In this document: positions 59,879-64,000 of the stretch, piece after piece
How the letters are laid out: each line of letters begins with the position of its first letter
How positions within the stretch are numbered: the first letter of the stretch is position 1
Source of the DNA: an uncultured delta proteobacterium
GTDB taxonomy: Bacteria > Myxococcota > Myxococcia > Myxococcales > Anaeromyxobacteraceae
Assembly (NCBI GenBank): GCA_963845515.1
Contig: CAWJSR010000049.1
Location: 76,722-140,721 of the forward strand
Length of the DNA stretch: 64,000 bases
Direction: 5' to 3'
Notes under the pieces: model-generated
What the model was told of the DNA's origin: nothing
Databases searched by the model: none
What the model saw: the letters and a program-made list of their open reading frames with translations, nothing else
Translations under genes and position numbers: made by a program

Positions 59879-60892
59879 ATGCTCGTAGTGATGAAGCCCG
59901 CCGCGACGCAGGCCCAGATCGACGCCGTCACCGGGCGGATCCGGGAGCTGGGGTTCACGCCCCACGCCATCCCCGGCTCGTCGCGGGTCGCCATCGGCGT
60001 CACCGGGAACAAGGGGGGCATCGACGTCGAGTCCTTCGCCGACATGGACGGCGTCGCCGACGCCATCCGCGTCACGCAGCCCTTCAAGCTGGTCTCCCGT
60101 GAGGTGAAGGAGGAGGACACCGTCATCGAGGTGGGCGGCTCTCGGATCGGCGGCAAGGCGGTCTGCATCATGGCGGGGCCGTGCTCCGTCGAGTCGGAGC
60201 AGCAGATCGTCGAGACGGCGCGGGCGGTCAAGGCCGCCGGCGCCACGTTCCTGCGCGGCGGCGCGTTCAAGCCGCGCACGAGCCCCTACGAGTTCCAGGG
60301 GATGGCGGAGGAGGGGCTGAAGCTCCTGGCCCTCGCCCGCAAGGAGACCGGCCTCCCGGTCGTCACCGAGGTGCTCGACGTCGAGACCCTCCCGATGGTG
60401 GCCGAGTACGCCGACGTGCTGCAGATCGGCGCGCGCAACATGCAGAACTACTCGCTGCTGAAGCAGCTCGGGACCGTGAAGAACCCGATCCTGCTCAAGC
60501 GCGGCCCCTCCGCCACCATCAAGGAGTGGCTCATGGCGGCGGAGTACATCCTCGCGGCCGGGAACTACCGGGTGGCGCTCTGCGAGCGCGGCATCCGCAC
60601 GTTCGAGACGATGACCCGGAACACGCTCGACCTGAACGCGGTGCCGGTGCTGAAGGCGCTGACCCACCTGCCGGTGATCGTCGACCCGTCGCACGGCATC
60701 GGGATCCGCGCGCACGTCGGGGCGATGGCGCGCGGGGCGATCGCCTGCGGCGCCGACGGGATCATCGTCGAGGTCCACCCGCAGCCGGAGAAGGCCCTCT
60801 CCGACGGTCACCAGTCGCTCACGCCTTCCCAGTTCGGCGAGCTCGTCCGCCAGGTCGCAGTCATCGCGGGGGCCGTGGGCCGGACCGTCTGA
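59879..60892 (+). CDS. aroF: DAHP synthase type I-beta with N-terminal ACT-like domain (copy 1)
   Basis: [48 protein letters not shown]. Confidence 0.95.
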   Translation: MLVVMKPAATQAQIDAVTGRIRELGFTPHAIPGSSRVAIGVTGNKGGIDVESFADMDGVADAIRVTQPFKLVSREVKEEDTVIEVGGSRIGGKAVCIMAGPCSVESEQQIVETARAVKAAGATFLRGGAFKPRTSPYEFQGMAEEGLKLLALARKETGLPVVTEVLDVETLPMVAEYADVLQIGARNMQNYSLLKQLGTVKNPILLKRGPSATIKEWLMAAEYILAAGNYRVALCERGIRTFETMTRNTLDLNAVPVLKALTHLPVIVDPSHGIGIRAHVGAMARGAIACGADGIIVEVHPQPEKALSDGHQSLTPSQFGELVRQVAVIAGAVGRTV

Positions 60893-60905
60893 CGATTCAA
60901 GACTC

Positions 60906-60943
60906 CCCTCTCCCCCACCGTGGGAGAGGGCAGGGTGAGGGGG
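60906..60943 (+). repeat. Palindromic repeat copy F (between the aroF paralogues)
   Basis: CCCTCTCCC-ccaccgt-GGGAGAGGG-ca-GGGTGAGGGGG. Confidence 0.88.
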
Positions 60944-60969
60944 CGGGTCGGCCCTCGCGAGGAGCGCCA

Positions 60970-61998
60970 ATGTTCGTCACGATGAAGCCGCACGCCACCG
61001 CCGCGGAGTTCGAGGCGGTGCTCGAGAAGATCAAGTCGCTCGGCCTCACGCCGCACGCCATCACGGGCACCGAGCGGAAGGTGGTGGCGGTCATCGGCCA
61101 CACCGGCGGCATGGACCCGGACGACCTCTTCGGCACCATGCCAGGGGTGGCGGAGGCGCTGCGGGTCTCGCAGCCGTTCAAGCTGGTGTCGCGCGAGGTG
61201 AAGGAGGAGGACACCGTCATCGACGTCGGCGGCGTCCCGCTCGGCGGGCAGGCGATCGTCATCATGGCGGGGCCGTGCTCGGTGGAGTCGAAGGAGCAGA
61301 TCCTCGAGACGGCGCGGGCCGTGAAGGCCGCCGGCGCCTGCTTCCTGCGCGGCGGCGCGTTCAAGCCGCGCACCAGCCCCTACGAGTTCCAGGGGCTGCG
61401 CGAGGAGGGGCTGAAGCTCCTGGCGCTCGCGCGCGAGGAGACCGGGCTGAAGGTCGTCACCGAGGTGAAGGACACCGAGACGCTCGACATGGTGGCCTCC
61501 TACGCGGACGTGCTCCAGATCGGTGCGCGCAACATGCAGAACTACTCGCTGCTCGAGAAGGTCGGCGCGCTCGACAAGCCGGTCCTGCTCAAGCGAGGGC
61601 TCTCCGCCACCATCCGCGAGTGGTTGATGGCGGCCGAGTACATCGTCGCCAAGGGGAACCACAAGGTGGCCCTCTGCGAGCGCGGCATCCGGACCTTCGA
61701 GACGGCGACCCGCAACACGCTCGACATCAACGCCATCCCGGTCCTCAAGGCGCTCACGCACCTGCCGGTCATCGTCGACCCGTCGCACGGCATCGGGCTC
61801 CGCGCGCACGTTCCGGCCGTCGCGCGCGCCGGCATCGCCGCGGGGGCGGACGGCCTCATCATCGAGGTCCACCCGCACCCGGAGCAGGCGCTCTCCGACG
61901 GCCACCAGTCGCTGACGCCGGTCGAGTTCGGCTCGCTGATGCGGCAGGTCTGCGTCATCGCCGGAGCCGTCGGCCGGCCGGTGTTCGAGCCTAAGTGA
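60970..61998 (+). CDS. aroF: DAHP synthase type I-beta (copy 2)
   Basis: Same catalytic motifs as copy 1. GAGGAG RBS. Confidence 0.95.
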   Translation: MFVTMKPHATAAEFEAVLEKIKSLGLTPHAITGTERKVVAVIGHTGGMDPDDLFGTMPGVAEALRVSQPFKLVSREVKEEDTVIDVGGVPLGGQAIVIMAGPCSVESKEQILETARAVKAAGACFLRGGAFKPRTSPYEFQGLREEGLKLLALAREETGLKVVTEVKDTETLDMVASYADVLQIGARNMQNYSLLEKVGALDKPVLLKRGLSATIREWLMAAEYIVAKGNHKVALCERGIRTFETATRNTLDINAIPVLKALTHLPVIVDPSHGIGLRAHVPAVARAGIAAGADGLIIEVHPHPEQALSDGHQSLTPVEFGSLMRQVCVIAGAVGRPVFEPK

Positions 61999-62095
61999 AC
62001 GCTTGACTGTCAGGCTTCACGGGTCGTGCGAGTGGTGGGAGGTAGTCACCCGACCCACGGAGCGGGCGACGAAATCAACATGCTAGCTTGGGCCG

Positions 62096-63088
62096 GTGCG
62101 ACGCTCCGCCGCCCTCATCTTCGCAGTCCTCGCCGCCGCTCCCAGCGCTCCCGCTGCCGCTCCCCCTCGGACCACCGCTTCACCCTCCGTCCGGGTTCGC
62201 GGGCCCAGCCCACAGCCTTCGCCGGTCGCCGCGCCCGTCCCGCCTCCCGCCTCGCCGCCGCCCGCCCCGGCGAAGAGCCGCCGGACCAAGGTCGCCGTCA
62301 TGGACATCCGCGCCCTCGACGGGGTCTCGGAGAGCGCCACGAAGGTCATCACGGAGCTGATCGCCACCGAGATCCAGGCGCTCGGGCACTACGACGTCAT
62401 CTCCCGCAACGACGTCGCCAACATGCTCGGCTTCCAGCGCGAGAAGGAGATGCTCGGCTGCGCGGAGGACGCTGCCTGCATGGCGGAGATCGGGGGCGCG
62501 CTCGGCACCGACTACGTCCTCGTGGGACAGGTCGCCGCCTTCGGCACCCGCTACCGGATCGCCATCTCGCTCCAGGACGTGAAGAAGGCGAAGGTCGTCT
62601 CCCGTCAGGGCTCCTTCTGCGACCGGTCCGAGGACGCGCTGGCGGCCGCGGCGCAGGAGGCGATCACCAACATCTTCCGGGAGGTGGAGTCGGGCGGGCA
62701 GCTCCCGCCGCCGGTCGTGAAGCGCGCGCCGGCGCTCGTCCCCGCCGCGCCCGCTCCCCCGCCGCCGCTCCGGAAGGCCGGCTGGATCACCGCGGGCGCG
62801 GGGCTCGCCGTGCTCGCCGCGGGGGGCGTCTTCGACTACCTGGGCTACGCCGCCTTCCAGGACGAGAAGCGGGCCGCCGAAGCGGGCGACACCGCCGCGT
62901 TCGCCGACTACAGGGCGACCTCGCTCGACCGCCGCCGGACCGCGAAGCTGCTCTACGCCGGCGGGACGCTGGCGCTCGGCACGGGCGTCGTCCTCCACTT
63001 CATCGGCGCGCCGAAGAGCGCCGTCTCGCTCGACGTGCGCCCCATGCCCGGCGGCGCGCTCGCGACCCTCTCCGGGAGCCTGCCATGA
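62096..63088 (+). CDS. Secreted protein with Pro-rich linker, TolB-N/CsgG-like domain and C-terminal hydrophobic hairpin
   Basis: Signal peptide, KVAVMD, LGC.....CMAEIGGALG..YV..G, two C-terminal hydrophobic segments. Confidence 0.75.
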   Translation: MRRSAALIFAVLAAAPSAPAAAPPRTTASPSVRVRGPSPQPSPVAAPVPPPASPPPAPAKSRRTKVAVMDIRALDGVSESATKVITELIATEIQALGHYDVISRNDVANMLGFQREKEMLGCAEDAACMAEIGGALGTDYVLVGQVAAFGTRYRIAISLQDVKKAKVVSRQGSFCDRSEDALAAAAQEAITNIFREVESGGQLPPPVVKRAPALVPAAPAPPPPLRKAGWITAGAGLAVLAAGGVFDYLGYAAFQDEKRAAEAGDTAAFADYRATSLDRRRTAKLLYAGGTLALGTGVVLHFIGAPKSAVSLDVRPMPGGALATLSGSLP

Positions 63089-64000
63089 CGAAGCACCTCG
63101 CGCTCCTCGCGCTCGCCACGGCCCTCTCCGGCTGCTTCCTCACCTACGATCCGGAGACGGTGGAACCGGCGCCGGCCGGCGGCGGCAGCTGCGCGGGGCC
63201 GGGGAGCCTCTGCGAACCGCAGTCCTGCACCGGCTCGACGCTGAGCTACGCCTCCTTCTGCAGCTCCGGCACCTGCCCCACCCAGTCGACCGCCAGCTGC
63301 GACCCGTACGTCTGCGGCGGCACCGGCTGCAAGACGAGCTGCGGTGGGGACGTCGACTGCACCGCCGGCAACTTCTGCCTCGTCTCCTCTTGCGTGGCGA
63401 AGCGCGCGGCGGGGCAGCTATGCACCTCGGCCAGCCAATGCGGGAGCGGCTTCTGCTCGCCCGACGGCAGGTGCTGCGACGGGGCCTGCACGGGCTCGTG
63501 CGAGGCCTGCAACGGCCTCAATACGGTGGGCGGCGCGCCCGCCGGGACCTGCGCGGCGATCCAGTTCGGCGGCCGACCGGCAGCGGGCCACACCGACTGC
63601 GCCGGCGACGCGGTCGGCGCCTGCGCGGGGGCCTGCGATGGTGTGCAGGCGGTGACCTGCAGCTACCCAACGGTCGAGTGCCGCGGGCTGAGCTGCACGG
63701 CCGGGACCCAGACCAACGCTGCGAGCTGCAGCGCCGGGAGCTGCCCCGCCGTCGTCACCGTGCCCTGCGTACCGTACGTCTGCGGCCCGGCCGCATGCCT
63801 CACCGCCTGCTCCACCGCCGCCGACTGCGCAGCCAACCGCTACTGCGACGGGTCCAGCCAGTGCGTCGCGAAGCAGGGCGACGGCGCGACCTGCACGGCG
63901 GACGACCAGTGCGGCAACGGCCACTGCGCGGACGGCGTCTGCTGCGCCACGGCCTGCGGCGGGTGCAAGGCCTGCAACGTCCCCACGCACGTCGGCACCT
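63085..64000 (+). CDS. Cys-rich repeat lipoprotein, 3'-truncated by the window edge (not in the ORF track)
   Basis: ATGA overlap, MTKHLALLALATALSGC lipobox, repeated C.PYVC....C.T.C....DC....C and C.SG.C..DG.CC...C.G.C.AC. Confidence 0.88.
   Translation, partial: MTKHLALLALATALSGCFLTYDPETVEPAPAGGGSCAGPGSLCEPQSCTGSTLSYASFCSSGTCPTQSTASCDPYVCGGTGCKTSCGGDVDCTAGNFCLVSSCVAKRAAGQLCTSASQCGSGFCSPDGRCCDGACTGSCEACNGLNTVGGAPAGTCAAIQFGGRPAAGHTDCAGDAVGACAGACDGVQAVTCSYPTVECRGLSCTAGTQTNAASCSAGSCPAVVTVPCVPYVCGPAACLTACSTAADCAANRYCDGSSQCVAKQGDGATCTADDQCGNGHCADGVCCATACGGCKACNVPTHVGT

Overview
Very GC-rich chromosomal segment whose gene content points to an Anaeromyxobacter-like member of Myxococcota (inference from the TIGR04551-type barrel, Cys-rich lipoproteins, futalosine MqnD and a multiheme cytochrome). 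It holds about 60 CDS. These are mostly housekeeping (pabB/C, mqnD, leuB, cimA, asd, argH-lptM-lysA-dapA-dapB, folK, kdsD, transaldolase, two tandem DAHP synthases), mixed with signalling, envelope and lipoprotein genes. No rRNA, tRNA or CRISPR array was seen. About ten genes, including the normally essential asd, carry single-base frameshifts that most likely reflect long-read assembly error. The most notable structures are: (1) a family of ~40-bp palindromic repeats (6 good copies) with a G-quadruplex-type tail; (2) a complete 1451-bp IS4/IS50-like element inserted at the loop of one repeat, with a 9-bp target duplication and a hairpin over its start codon; (3) a J-domain protein with four MshEN-like (c-di-GMP-type) repeats; (4) a patch with two HNH nucleases, one SRA-like and apparently internally deleted; (5) an orphan 12-heme cytochrome; (6) an AAA+/nuclease gene with an operator-like palindrome. 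All family assignments come from motif recognition, not database searches.
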